DNA of 60,069 bases, the filler included, from Asterionella formosa (lineage: Eukaryota): assembly GCA_002256025.1 (NCBI GenBank). It is 9 parts of 9 records of this genome, joined end to end, with 100 filler letters (N's around TTAATTAATTAA, not from the genome) between each part and the next. Parts side by side here need not be neighbours in the genome. Positions count along the whole stretch, not along the records: positions 46,823 to 53,396 come from NKIB01012669.1; positions 53,497 to 60,069 come from NKIB01012670.1; 7 more parts are not named here. One strand, 5' to 3'. Under the pieces are notes generated by a model. The model did no database searches and was not told the origin of the DNA. It saw nothing but the letters and a program-made list of their open reading frames with translations. Each line of letters opens with the position of its first letter. The first letter of the stretch is position 1. Positions 49,839-60,069 of the stretch are shown here, one piece after another. A program made the translations under genes and the position numbers.

Positions 49839-52496
49839 ATGCAGGGTGATGTACGGCTTAATGAAAAGTCAAGAAGCCATGTAGGCAAGATACATGTGGA
49901 AACCTCGGCATTTCAACGATGCACTGAGCCCTCCAAAACTCATCCGAAACTTTCTCGCTCCATGGGGCATAAAGGATCAACCATGAAGGAAGGAGCAACG
50001 CTTGATACGTTGACTACTATGGGGAAATCGATAGATGTGCTCCATCCTCACCTCACTTTGATGGACAAATCTACTAATCCTCAAAATATCAATCGATTTG
50101 TACTAGATGCACAACTGGGGGTCATTGTCAACAATTCAAACATTCCACGACCTCCCCTGTATCGGACAACTTCCACAGGAATGCTTCCATTGAATTCATT
50201 CAGGGAATTGAAATCAACCGATCGCACTTCTGCTTCGACTGAAGATGATTTGTCGAGTAGTTCTGATCGAAATACCTGTAATGTGACTCCTCGCCGGCAC
50301 TCTCATGGTGACTTTCATGTTTGTCATGCTCCAAGACGGTTTTCCAATCAGTTTCACCGACGCATCTCCAACCAGTTTCAAAACTACTTTATTCCTTCCA
50401 AACGACGAACTTCTAACATGTCGATTGTCAGTGATATGACTCTACCCAATCAAGAGACCCCAACAATTCCAAAGGATCCTTACAATCTCTCCAAAAGCAA
50501 ATCGTTGTACTTTCAAGATGTTTTGTGCACCAACAATCCTCATCAAGCCTTAGAGTTTCCTCCTCTCTATTTTGTGCTTCGCCACTCCCCAAAACTGTTG
50601 GATTTATTTCGTTCCATATATAATTGCCGCTGGAACATGTCGTACATACTTCAACGCCGTCTTTGCTGCAGTAAAATGCTCGGCAAGGCTGGCGTCGTTT
50701 CTACATGGGGCGAGCTTATTTTGGTGCTTCCATTCTTTGCTCTTATTGTAGCTGGAACCTTCTTTTCCTTTTTTGATAAATCAGTAAGCATGTCTGGTCA
50801 CATGGCGAGGACACCACTCATTTTCTGTTTCGTAACAGCCATGCGCAACTCATTCTTGACATTGCTTTTCGGTATTCCTATTGATCGTGCCCTGTGGTAT
50901 CATAAGCTTTCGGCAAGACTTGCCTATGTCAATGGAATTCTTCATACATATGTGGCCTTCGTGCATCCAACTGTTGTTCAGAATACGGGCGCATTTCCAC
51001 CAAGCACATTGAAAGGCAATGACACCAACTTTGCAGCATTCTTGTTTTCGGATCAAGTAAACTCGGGAGGAACAATGTTGATTGTGTTTATGACACTCAT
51101 GATGATAACAGCCATGCCTTGGATTCGTCACCGCATCTTTGAACTTTTTCACTTCTGTCACGTGATATTTGCATTATCAATGATCATTTGCGCTTTATTC
51201 CATACAGGCAAACTCGTTCCAATCTTGGCTGCATCGACTTGGGGCTTGGACTTGTTTATCCGCAAGGTATACATGCCATTGTTTCGAAACCCAAGGTGTG
51301 CTAACATTCGCATCATTTCTGATTCAGTTATTGAACTATGCTTCCCCAAGACTGACGGTTTTGATTACAACCCTGGTCAGTATATCTATCTTGCCGTGCC
51401 GGAGTTGAGCATCTTTGAATGGCATCCATTCAGCTTATCCAGTTGTCCAGGACAGAAGATTGTAACCTTGCATATTCGCAAGTGCGGAAGTTGGACATCT
51501 GATCTGTATTCCCTTGCCAAGGAGAAGACTCAGATCAAAGTCCTAATGGAAGGCCCATATGGCTCGGTTGGGGTTGATCTCCTCAGCGATCTCTACAAGA
51601 TGGTAATGCTATTTGCTGGAGGGATTGGTGTAACTCCCATGCAAGCTATTTGCAACCATCTCATGTCTGAGCAGAGTATCGGAAAACGTGAATTGAAGAA
51701 GCTGTCCTTCATTTGGGTCGAGCGAGATCCCGTAGTGATGAAAGGAGTGGATGTGGTGCGGTGCACAAGCAACGTTTACTATAGCTCATCCTGTCACCTC
51801 AATCGTCAAAACAGCAAGCAAAATCACAAAGGTGATGCAGCAGCAGAGGTCGAAAGCGATCATACTATAGGGATTGCATCGACGCTTCTTAGCATGGTTG
51901 CTACAAGCAATGTCACTGATGAAGAGTTCGAGCAGCAATATCCCAGTGAGGAATTTGCTGATCTGGATAATGCATTTGATGAAAATGATTGCACTTCCCT
52001 CCATAATGACAGCAACGGTTCATTCCTGTCCCAGATTCGTGCTTGGCGCAGACTATCCACCTCCACCTCACAAGTTTCAAAGGCAGTAGAACTAGACTCT
52101 GACATTGAACAAGGTATTGTTAGTGAAAATGACACGAATACTTGTGCATATGATGTCGATGACGAAGAAACGCTTGTTCGGAAGGCATACAACATGGGCA
52201 TAATTGCCGATGACCATCAGGTTGATGGTTACCAAGCCCTTGACCTTCAAGTGTACTTGACAGGCAAACTGGATGCAAATAGCATGGTTGCGCAACTACC
52301 CTTTGTCCACCTTAATCGACCCGATGTGAAGAAATTGTTTGCAGATATGCGATCAGATGCGATTTCCAATGGAGAGAAGCATGTGGCTGTTTGCATTTGT
52401 GCTCCTGCAAGGCTGGTGAAAATCTGTCGGAAAGCATGCGTAAAGTACAGTGACAGAAAGGTTCAGTTTGACTTTCACGAGGAAATCTTTGGCTGA
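49839..52496 (+). CDS. NADPH oxidase / ferric reductase-like flavocytochrome (no EF hands)
   Basis: Heme His pairs (WYHKL...GILH; FCHV...LFH), PGQYIYL, EWHPFSLSS, EGPYG, FAGGIGVTP, C-terminal FDFHEEIF; true start codon uncertain. Confidence 0.92.
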   Translation: MQGDVRLNEKSRSHVGKIHVETSAFQRCTEPSKTHPKLSRSMGHKGSTMKEGATLDTLTTMGKSIDVLHPHLTLMDKSTNPQNINRFVLDAQLGVIVNNSNIPRPPLYRTTSTGMLPLNSFRELKSTDRTSASTEDDLSSSSDRNTCNVTPRRHSHGDFHVCHAPRRFSNQFHRRISNQFQNYFIPSKRRTSNMSIVSDMTLPNQETPTIPKDPYNLSKSKSLYFQDVLCTNNPHQALEFPPLYFVLRHSPKLLDLFRSIYNCRWNMSYILQRRLCCSKMLGKAGVVSTWGELILVLPFFALIVAGTFFSFFDKSVSMSGHMARTPLIFCFVTAMRNSFLTLLFGIPIDRALWYHKLSARLAYVNGILHTYVAFVHPTVVQNTGAFPPSTLKGNDTNFAAFLFSDQVNSGGTMLIVFMTLMMITAMPWIRHRIFELFHFCHVIFALSMIICALFHTGKLVPILAASTWGLDLFIRKVYMPLFRNPRCANIRIISDSVIELCFPKTDGFDYNPGQYIYLAVPELSIFEWHPFSLSSCPGQKIVTLHIRKCGSWTSDLYSLAKEKTQIKVLMEGPYGSVGVDLLSDLYKMVMLFAGGIGVTPMQAICNHLMSEQSIGKRELKKLSFIWVERDPVVMKGVDVVRCTSNVYYSSSCHLNRQNSKQNHKGDAAAEVESDHTIGIASTLLSMVATSNVTDEEFEQQYPSEEFADLDNAFDENDCTSLHNDSNGSFLSQIRAWRRLSTSTSQVSKAVELDSDIEQGIVSENDTNTCAYDVDDEETLVRKAYNMGIIADDHQVDGYQALDLQVYLTGKLDANSMVAQLPFVHLNRPDVKKLFADMRSDAISNGEKHVAVCICAPARLVKICRKACVKYSDRKVQFDFHEEIFG

Positions 52497-52632
52497 TGGA
52501 TAGGTCTAAACATATCTAACATGCTTCTTTCTGAACATTTTCTTTTCCAACCGCGCTAGTAAGTATTTGCCCGATTAGTTGTGTGCAAGCAGAAACGCAG
52601 AAACTAAACTTGATAATGATAAATACGCTTCT

Positions 52633-53396
52633 TCAACCGAATGTATCTGGCCGCTTCTCTTCCCACTCTCGAATTTCCTTTATTTTGGCGACGTTTTCGA
52701 TACTGGCCTTTATCCTTGGACAAAGTTGGTAGGAGTTCTGAAGCAAGGAGGGATCCGCACCATCAAAAAAGTTGTTGGGAGACCCCGTCATGAGGCTCAC
52801 GTGATGACTAGTTAGCATGGAGTACACTACCACATCCGCCATTGACACTCGGTTCCCAACCAACCATACAGAGGTGGAGGATAGTCCAATTACTTTTTCC
52901 AGTTGTGCACATGCCACTACCAAATCTTGTTCCAGAAAGCGCTTCTTAGAAAGGAACTGGTTGTTGCTATTACTGTTTTGTTTGACTTTGAACCATTTTG
53001 CTTTAATATCTCGTACACATTCATAAATGATATCAATTTTGGCTCGTTCCCATTCATTGGTTCCAAATAGATCATGTCGATGAGCCAAGAATCTCATTAT
53101 AGAATGAGATTGTCCAACTTGCATGATTTGTAATTCAGAATTCTGATGACTGTTACTCAATCCTACTACTTGTAGGATTGGTAGCTGTCCCATGTTGGCA
53201 TCAAAGGTTCCTTGTTCCTTGTGCTGTAGGAACATGGTATCGATACCAAATCCCTTGGCACTTGCTGTCATGGGATATCGAATGTCATGATATGGTTCTT
53301 TACACAATGCCAACATGTATCGAATGGGTTCAGCAGCACCTCGCAGATTAAAGTATAAAAGACGATACGTTGGTGATGTGGATGCAACTTCCGGTA
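52633..53396 (-). CDS. Glutathione S-transferase (sigma-like), 5' end cut by contig end
   Basis: YRLLYFNLRGAAEPIRYML, GQLPIL, GQSHSIMRFLA, WLVGNRVSMADV. Confidence 0.92.
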
Positions 53397-53496
53397 NNNN
53401 NNNNNNNNNNNNNNNNNNNNNNNNNNNNNNNNNNNNNNNNTTAATTAATTAANNNNNNNNNNNNNNNNNNNNNNNNNNNNNNNNNNNNNNNNNNNN

Positions 53497-53589
53497 GAAA
53501 CAGCACGCATTAACGAGACTGCAGTTGACATGGCCATGGCTGGAGATGATGCCGACGATGACATTGGTATTGATTTCGATGATATCTAG
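53497..53589 (+). CDS. EIF1A: 3' end of translation initiation factor eIF1A
   Basis: ETARINETAVDMAMAGDDADDDIGIDFDDI* matches the eIF1A acidic tail (A+INET...FDDI). Confidence 0.75.
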   Translation, partial: ETARINETAVDMAMAGDDADDDIGIDFDDI

Positions 53590-54029
53590 ACTAGATAATA
53601 GTTCCAGATGCCGCTGCTGCTGCGTGGCTTTTGGATGTTATTATGATTAATGATTCCTTTCCCAAATGTCACCTTTTATAAAGGATGCTCTATACTCAAC
53701 TTTGCTTATAGCTGGCGAACAAAACTCATCTGGACGCTGCGAATCACCTAGATTTCCCAATTGTCTACGACCCTGGAAAAGATTGTTTTATTTGAACCTA
53801 CCATACGGTACGAAGATAAAATCAAGGTACCTCGTGGAAGTACCTGGTACCAAGCCACGTTATTATATCGTTTTCAGACTAATTCTAGAATTCTGCTAAA
53901 ATCGATCCCCTCTTTCGCCCTTTGGCACGATATTAGTTAGTTCATTAAGCTACATGAGGATTGAATCATTTTTTACTTGAGCATATATTAACTGAGATCT
54001 ATCCATTTTAAAAGTGACAAAACTGGTCG

Positions 54030-55910
54030 AAGTGGCTCAAAGCCATTGATTAAAATTTTATCATACATGAAGTAATTTTTATAGGCGACAATTAGAAAAT
54101 ATTATATCGTTTGCATGTTTTTTCGCAGTAGTTGCATCGTTCTTCTACTGGTGGTGTTCCCATTTTATCTTGTCAGTTCCATCAAAGACTCCTCGCATTT
54201 TTTCGCAGTAGTCATTGCATTGCTTGTTATTAGACTGGTTTTCCTCCCATCATATCTTGTCATGTAATAGGAGTGACCAAAGGGTGAGGAAGTGGCACCA
54301 TTGCAGTTGCAACTGGTACTTCAGTGTTGCCATGCATCATGATGTCATGGTATCTGGTAAGTAGAAGTTGCTTTGTTGTTGGTAATGGATGATCGCCTGC
54401 TTGCTTGTACCATGCTGCCACTGTTTTCGCTTGCACCACTGTCCACTCTGCGAGATCTGATCACATAAACCTTGTTTGCTAGCGCTATGTGTGAATCTAT
54501 TTTCTTATTCTCTTGCTCACTCTGCACTTCTTCCGCATGCCTCTTCCTTTTCAGCTGGTCATCGACCACTTCAGGACCCAACAAGTATCTGCCTGCAGCG
54601 ACATGATACCGACTATGTATTGTTCATTGCTTGCAATTGCCCTTAGTGCTGTTTCTTTTTGTTGGCGTGCAAGTGTTTCCAGATATATTCCGTTTCTAGC
54701 ATCCTTATGATTGCGATACTGTACAACATGATCAAAAAGGGTTCCAGTGAATCCTTGGCACAAGTTTAGTCCTCATGGGGGAATGAAAGAGACTGGTTGA
54801 TTATTGTTTGCTTCTGTTTGCAGATTTCATACTTGTCAGTTGAATTTCCGGATGGAGCTACAATCTGTTTTCCAATGGACCCAACCTTGTTCAGCAACAC
54901 CTTTTTGGTTTGTAGCGATATGGGTAAAGTATTCATCCCAAGCTTTCAACTCCAGAGCCAGATCAACAATGTCATCCTTTTCAATAGCATATGTAGCATG
55001 GCGCCTTTCCCTTTGGGTGAGTAATTCTCTCTTGCATCTCGTGAGTTGGATATTTAAACTTGAATTTGTTTGTCAGGGTAAAAATTGATGAGGTATATCC
55101 TGCCAATGACTGTGAATTATTTAGTGTCATAGTAAGATGTAATTGTACTAGTGAATTAGTTGCCTTTCCCGCCTGATTTAGCTTCTGCAAATGGTATTGG
55201 ACTATAGGTTTTGTAAGCCAAGCCAGTGCAGCCGCCTTCGATGGAACAATACTCGATATTGTATCATATGGTAGTTTGCCATTGTTATTTGCCTTTCAAG
55301 TTTCTAATTCCATAGCTATATATTTTTTTAAATGAGTGACACTACAGTCTTATCCAACGAATTAGGCATCACCTTGTACTTTTTGGATGGTTGAGGCTGT
55401 TATCTTGCTGTAGGTTTCATCGTTGTTAATGAGATGACTGCGATTTGATTCATTTTGTGGTGTGTCGGAAGCAATTTCCGATGTGAATTACGGTCTCTGA
55501 CATAAAAATATGGCTCCATTTTTTGGCCTCTAGAAATATTGCATTCATTTAATAAGAGTGACTAATTGATTCATTTTTTGCTATTTTACATTGTCCATGC
55601 TGGCGGTAAAACGCAACTTAATATATATTAGATATTACGTTTTCTACGCAAATGAATATTTGTATTTCCGGGAGATGCCGACTCAATGGTATAATATTGT
55701 TTTTGCCCCTTTTTGGCCGATCGCTACTTTCCGACATATTTATCTGATTATCTAAAACACAAAAGACCTAATCGACAACTATATATGTTGTATCCGGCGC
55801 AACATCAGGAACTACTTTGTCGTACTAAAAATAGTCATAGCTGGAAAATTAGAAATAATCTATGTAAACATAGTGAACAATATATCGTTAAGTGGCTCAA
55901 AGCCATTTTT
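54030..55910 (-). mobile_element. Internally deleted pogo-like transposon
   Basis: The 5' part matches 8990-10005. The 3' part encodes KTVAAWYKQAGDHPLPTTKQLLLTRY, matching KTMVTWYKRNGDAPLPTTRQNLLARY at 42108-43010. Confidence 0.78.
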
Positions 55911-56168
55911 AACGGTATTTTGCTTACTAAATAAACAATTTAATATGGGATAAAAATAGGTAAACTTTCAGTTTCAGCACAATAACCGCAATTTTCAGGT
56001 ATGGCCACAGACAATCGTGTCGTCATTACATACAAAAGATAATGAATAGCTAGTCTATTTATCATATCTAGTATACCGGTATGTCATACAAGTAACAGGT
56101 AGACCACGTGACTGCTGCAGAGCATACAACTTAATCCGGTACCTGGAAGTTGCGGTCATTTTTCTTAA

Positions 56169-56520
56169 GGTTACTGCATTTCAATCCTAGGTTAGAGGTA
56201 GGATTAAAAAATTATATTGATTCAGACTAATCAAACACGTACTTTTGAGGTTTAAAATAATTATGTATATTGCTACTTGGAGCTTTCAACATTGGACACC
56301 CTTTCCATATGCTTAGATACAGTCATTGAACGAAGTAGTGGTATAGCTAGGTCTACTCTACATAATGTCAGTACATAGGATCTGGCCAGAAACTGCAGAA
56401 AGGAACTTCGGTTTTTTAACTATGTTGAAAATAGTGGATTTTACCAAGCCAAATCGTTTATTTGGCCTAGCAAAAAACCGAAGTTCCTTTCTGCAGTTTC
56501 TCGCCGAAAGTTAACTACTG
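56169..56520. mobile_element. Terminal fragment of a second Kolobok-like element with a perfect 30-bp inverted repeat
   Basis: TTAA|GGTTAC start; CATATGCTTAGATACAGTCATTG shared with 27379-27401; inverted repeat 56388-56417 / 56472-56501. Confidence 0.65.
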
Positions 56521-56816
56521 GGGCTATATGAAGAAAAAATGTGTGCTATATGAAGATTAACTATGTACTTAGTTCTTCTTCAACTCCTGCCGACGTTTTA
56601 CTCCTATCATATATACACACCAGCTACCCAGGCACTGCTGGCTGGTAGGGTCTACCTGCTGGCCCCATACTTCTAGATCATGTGTCCGACATTATCCACT
56701 CCTAGTACATCCTAGAGTTACAACATACACGGTAAAATGATGCTGCTAAGTATTTTTGACTTCCGGTATGTAGTACTGTATATACCGATACTGGTAGATA
56801 AATTAATATCATTCGA

Positions 56817-58079
56817 AGCTGCTTCCACTCAATTACCAACTTGTTCGACTGCCTTTTCCTGCAAATATTTCTCTCTCTCCTCCTTCTCGATAGTTTGTTG
56901 ATTCGAATTTTTTGTTCCAACTCATCTTTAGGCCGTTGCTAACCGTGGACCAAAACCAAAACCCAGAACCAAAATTTTGGTTTGGCTTTGGTCAGACAGA
57001 AGAAAAAGTAATGCTAACGGTTTTGGGGAAAACCTAAACGTTGTCAGCCACCCATCAACTGTAACGTAGGAAGACAAAAATATAATACAAAATACATTTT
57101 TTAAACTATATTACTTTTTAAAATAAAACAGTATGATTATTCCTACGTGGGAATTAGTGAAATTTTGCAGCAATTGTTGGCTCAGTGAAAATGTTCTCGG
57201 AGTATGGTGACTGGGCGCCGGTGGTGGAAAAAACGATATGACGATGACAATCCAACTGTTCTTAACAGATAAATAGTGAATTATAAATCATTTTTTCTTT
57301 TGGGCCTGATCCCTTGTAGACAATGGAGCATTGTATAACAGCGCATAGTACAAATAAGACGCGTTTGAATGCGACAACATGGCATCGAGATATCGTCTTT
57401 GTCATGCAGCCAACTTGCTCATGATTTTCCGATTTACTGTATCTGCTATATCTGAACAAATGCACTAGTTACAATTAAGATTAATTACTATTCATAGCTA
57501 CTATTCGATTCTATTTGACCAGTTTACAATAAGTAATGGTCGTCATCGATTTGTTGTTGCTGACACATTGACGATGAATGATGACTATCGGTAAGTATAC
57601 CTTTATTGTTACAAGCAAGGTCAAGAGTCCAGGGTACATATACAGTAAAGTAATACATGTTTGCAATATACACTGACTCTATGTTGATAATAATTGGGTT
57701 TATGCTTGCTACATTCTAAGTAGTCAACACAGAATCCTACATTTAGGTAACTTTCGAAATAAGTTACCTAAATGTAATGCGTTCATGTAACTTATTGGGA
57801 TATGGGCACAGAATCCCCTAAACGCAATTCATTTGTGTTGAGTTTTTCACTCCCAATAACATCGTTTTATATAACTTGGCCTCTACCTCAAAATTCATTT
57901 GCTCCTAGCTGTTTGTCATTCCCCTGGTTTCAAGCAATGCGCGCTTCATGCACATCCCCCTGTTTGCCTTATAGCTACTACTTCGACTCAATTACCAACT
58001 TGTTCGATTTCCTTTTCCTGCAAACATTTCTCTCACTCCTCCTTGATAATTTAATGATTTGAGTTTTTCTGTTCCAACT
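56817..58079 (+). repeat. Degenerate ~105-bp direct repeat pair (56817-56922 and ~57973-58079)
   Basis: Shared ACTCAATTACCAACTTGTTCGA...CCTTTTCCTGCAAA.ATTTCTCTC...TGTTCCAACT. Confidence 0.75.
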
Positions 58080-58153
58080 GAAATTTAGAGGCATAGTTAG
58101 GATTTTCGAGTTGGTGCTATGTAGTATGATTCCTTTCCCCCCTCTGGGTCCCC

Positions 58154-58760
58154 TTATCTGCAGTTGAGTTTACGCCTTGCTTCGCCAGCCATTGTCATCT
58201 TACGGCTTGTTCCATTGTGGGCTGTGAGCCATAGCGTGTCCTTGTTCCTGTCCTGCCATTGTCGAGTTAGAAGTGAACACGTGGGTGTGGTTTCCCTCGG
58301 GATTCCCCGGTGGATGGAAAAAAGTGGTCTGGTTATGATCTTTTGACTCACTAACTTGGTGAATTCGGCGACTTGTTTGCGCACATACGTGAGGAATGCA
58401 TCCAACTTCCTCCATCCAATGAGCATTAGTACCATGTAGTTTGGAACACTGGAGAGGATCATCGCCATTGCGGCGGAGCTGCAGATAGAATAGCGTCCTA
58501 TTGCATTGGGTTCGCGTCCGAGCTGTGCTGTTTCCAACTCTTGAGCTTGTTAGCAAAGCTTATTCGCCCGCAAGTTCTATTCGTAGTCAGCAAGTTCTAG
58601 GTGTAGAATGATTCCTATTTGTTCTCCAAAGCTAGAATGCGGCTTACTGAACCGGTCGATCAGGCAGCAAATCCCCTGAGTCGTGTTCAGAGTTTCATGC
58701 TGCAAATCGTCATCGGTCTATAAGAGTAACGCTTTCCTAAATTTCTTAGTAAGGAATATC
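58154..58760 (-). pseudogene. Tyrosine recombinase relic (DIRS/Ngaro-like retroelement)
   Basis: IGRYSICSSAAMAM...MLIGWRKLDAFLTYVRKQ is a decayed form of IGTHSIRSGAAMAM...GRWSSDAF..YIR.Q. Confidence 0.78.
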
Positions 58761-58892
58761 ATTTTCATCGAAAGCTGGCCTATCTTGTCCGGCAGGCATG
58801 GGACGAATCATTGGGAGTGAATTGTAACTGAAATAGATTACATAAAACGTGCGCTACCAGACCTTCCTGGATTACCAGGTAGTATCTGTCAA

Positions 58893-59769
58893 CAGTCAAA
58901 ACTGCTTAAGACCACTATAACGGGGTAATCTTACATTTTGTACTACAAACTTTTTCAATTTTAGAGATACAACAATATTTACTACGAAGAATTCTTTTTT
59001 ATGCATGTACAAATATGAGGTCCTAACGCCTGATCGATATTGTGTTCCAGTTGAGGAGATAATCGAGTCACAAAACGTTGAGTGAGGCACATCGGAAGAA
59101 AATAAATGACCTCATTGAGCTGGGCCGACATTTTATGATTATATATAATACGATCAAAAATATTATAATCCAAATATTATAGCTTGCTTTAACGCTTTTC
59201 TTTGGTTGGATTATTATTATTATGGCGCGATTCTGTGCGCAATCCCAGTTTAAATAGTACGCACACTAGTTTGCACCATAGCAATGAAGTGATTTTGTAC
59301 TGGCTATTACAATAGTATGCAACCTGAAATGCTCTGGAGACGACCATCACAGCTATGCTGGTCAATCAATTGTTGTCCAACATTCACAGAAGAGGGACTT
59401 GCTGCAACGCGTGGAAGCTCATAGCTTCGAAGTTGACAGTATGCTCGAGATACAGAGCGGAATCCTAGAGTAAAATAGAATGGTAATTGCCTTCATGATT
59501 TGGATGAGTAAAAGTTACTTAAGAGTGTTTCAGTACCTATCAAAGCTGCCCCCTCGCGCTTAAACAGCTTTTACCCTCAGCTCATCAACGATTTAGAAGA
59601 AGGCTTGGTGATGGAGGAGTGATTATTTGTTCTCAAAATCTTGCTACATCAGGTGACCAAAGGAAAAAGAGAAAATATGGAAAACGAGGTAATATTTTGT
59701 CAGCTGAACATTTTTCTAATTTTAGTCCCAAAACGGGGTAATTTAGTGGTCTTAAGCAGTTTTTGACTG
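58893..59769. mobile_element. 877-bp non-autonomous Tc1/mariner-type element with CAGT...ACTG TIRs
   Basis: CAGTCAAAACTGCTTAAGACCACTA vs TAGTGGTCTTAAGCAGTTTTTGACTG (1 indel); AACGGGGTAAT inside both ends; TA target duplication not preserved. Confidence 0.8.
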
Positions 59770-59791
59770 GTACCAGGGGTACCAGGTACCA

Positions 59792-59859
59792 GCAATTTGC
59801 GGTCATTTGGCTTAAATAAACATTTTACTTTTCGTTTCAGCACAATTACCGCAGCTTAC
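59792..59859. mobile_element. Copy of the small MITE at 7642-7731, embedded in GGTACC repeats
   Basis: GCAATTTGCGGTCATTTGGCT ... AGCACAATTACCGCAGCTTAC. Confidence 0.6.
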
Positions 59860-60069
59860 AGGTACCAGGTACCGGTTACCGGTACCTGGTACCTGATACC
59901 TCTAGAATGCTATAGACTGACATGATACCGCTATGTTAGACAATGCATTAGGCCCACAAATGAGCAACGACCGGAACAACCCAGTATTGCTGAACTCTCC
60001 CCGGTAGTCTAATGAGCTGAAATCAAGGGTACCAGGTACTTATCATTCGCCGATGTGCTGCCCTTCGAT

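Noticed and set aside
1..60069. Prokaryotic operon or defence system; rRNA/tRNA genes
   Set aside because: Spliceosomal introns and eukaryote-specific genes throughout; no RNA gene recognised by eye (tRNAscan-SE/Infernal not run).

Overview
Eukaryotic nuclear DNA, most likely from a diatom (short GT-AG introns, secreted SET proteins, CoDi-type Copia and stramenopile-type TE relics). It is not one locus: nine ~6.6 kb contigs, sorted by decreasing length, are joined by artificial N44-TTAATTAATTAA-N44 spacers, so nothing can be inferred from adjacency across spacers. Host genes: an EH-domain endocytic adaptor, PLAA/Doa1, a partial heliorhodopsin, a multi-pass membrane protein with a Tyr/Asp repeat tail, a DUF4168-like protein, two SET-domain proteins, Pin1, a NOX/ferric reductase, a GST and the end of eIF1A. 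About half the window is TE debris (Ty3/Gypsy, Copia, non-LTR, tyrosine recombinase, pogo-like, Tc1-like, Harbinger, MITEs). Best leads: (1) a TIR- and TSD-bounded Kolobok-like transposon carrying a P2X7-ballast-like ORF, with a subterminal hairpin architecture shared by two other loci; (2) a heliorhodopsin with unusual charged residues; (3) a Gypsy family that can be pieced together from three contigs and lacks a TGG primer-binding site, possibly self-priming. All family calls come from motif recognition by eye; no searches were run.
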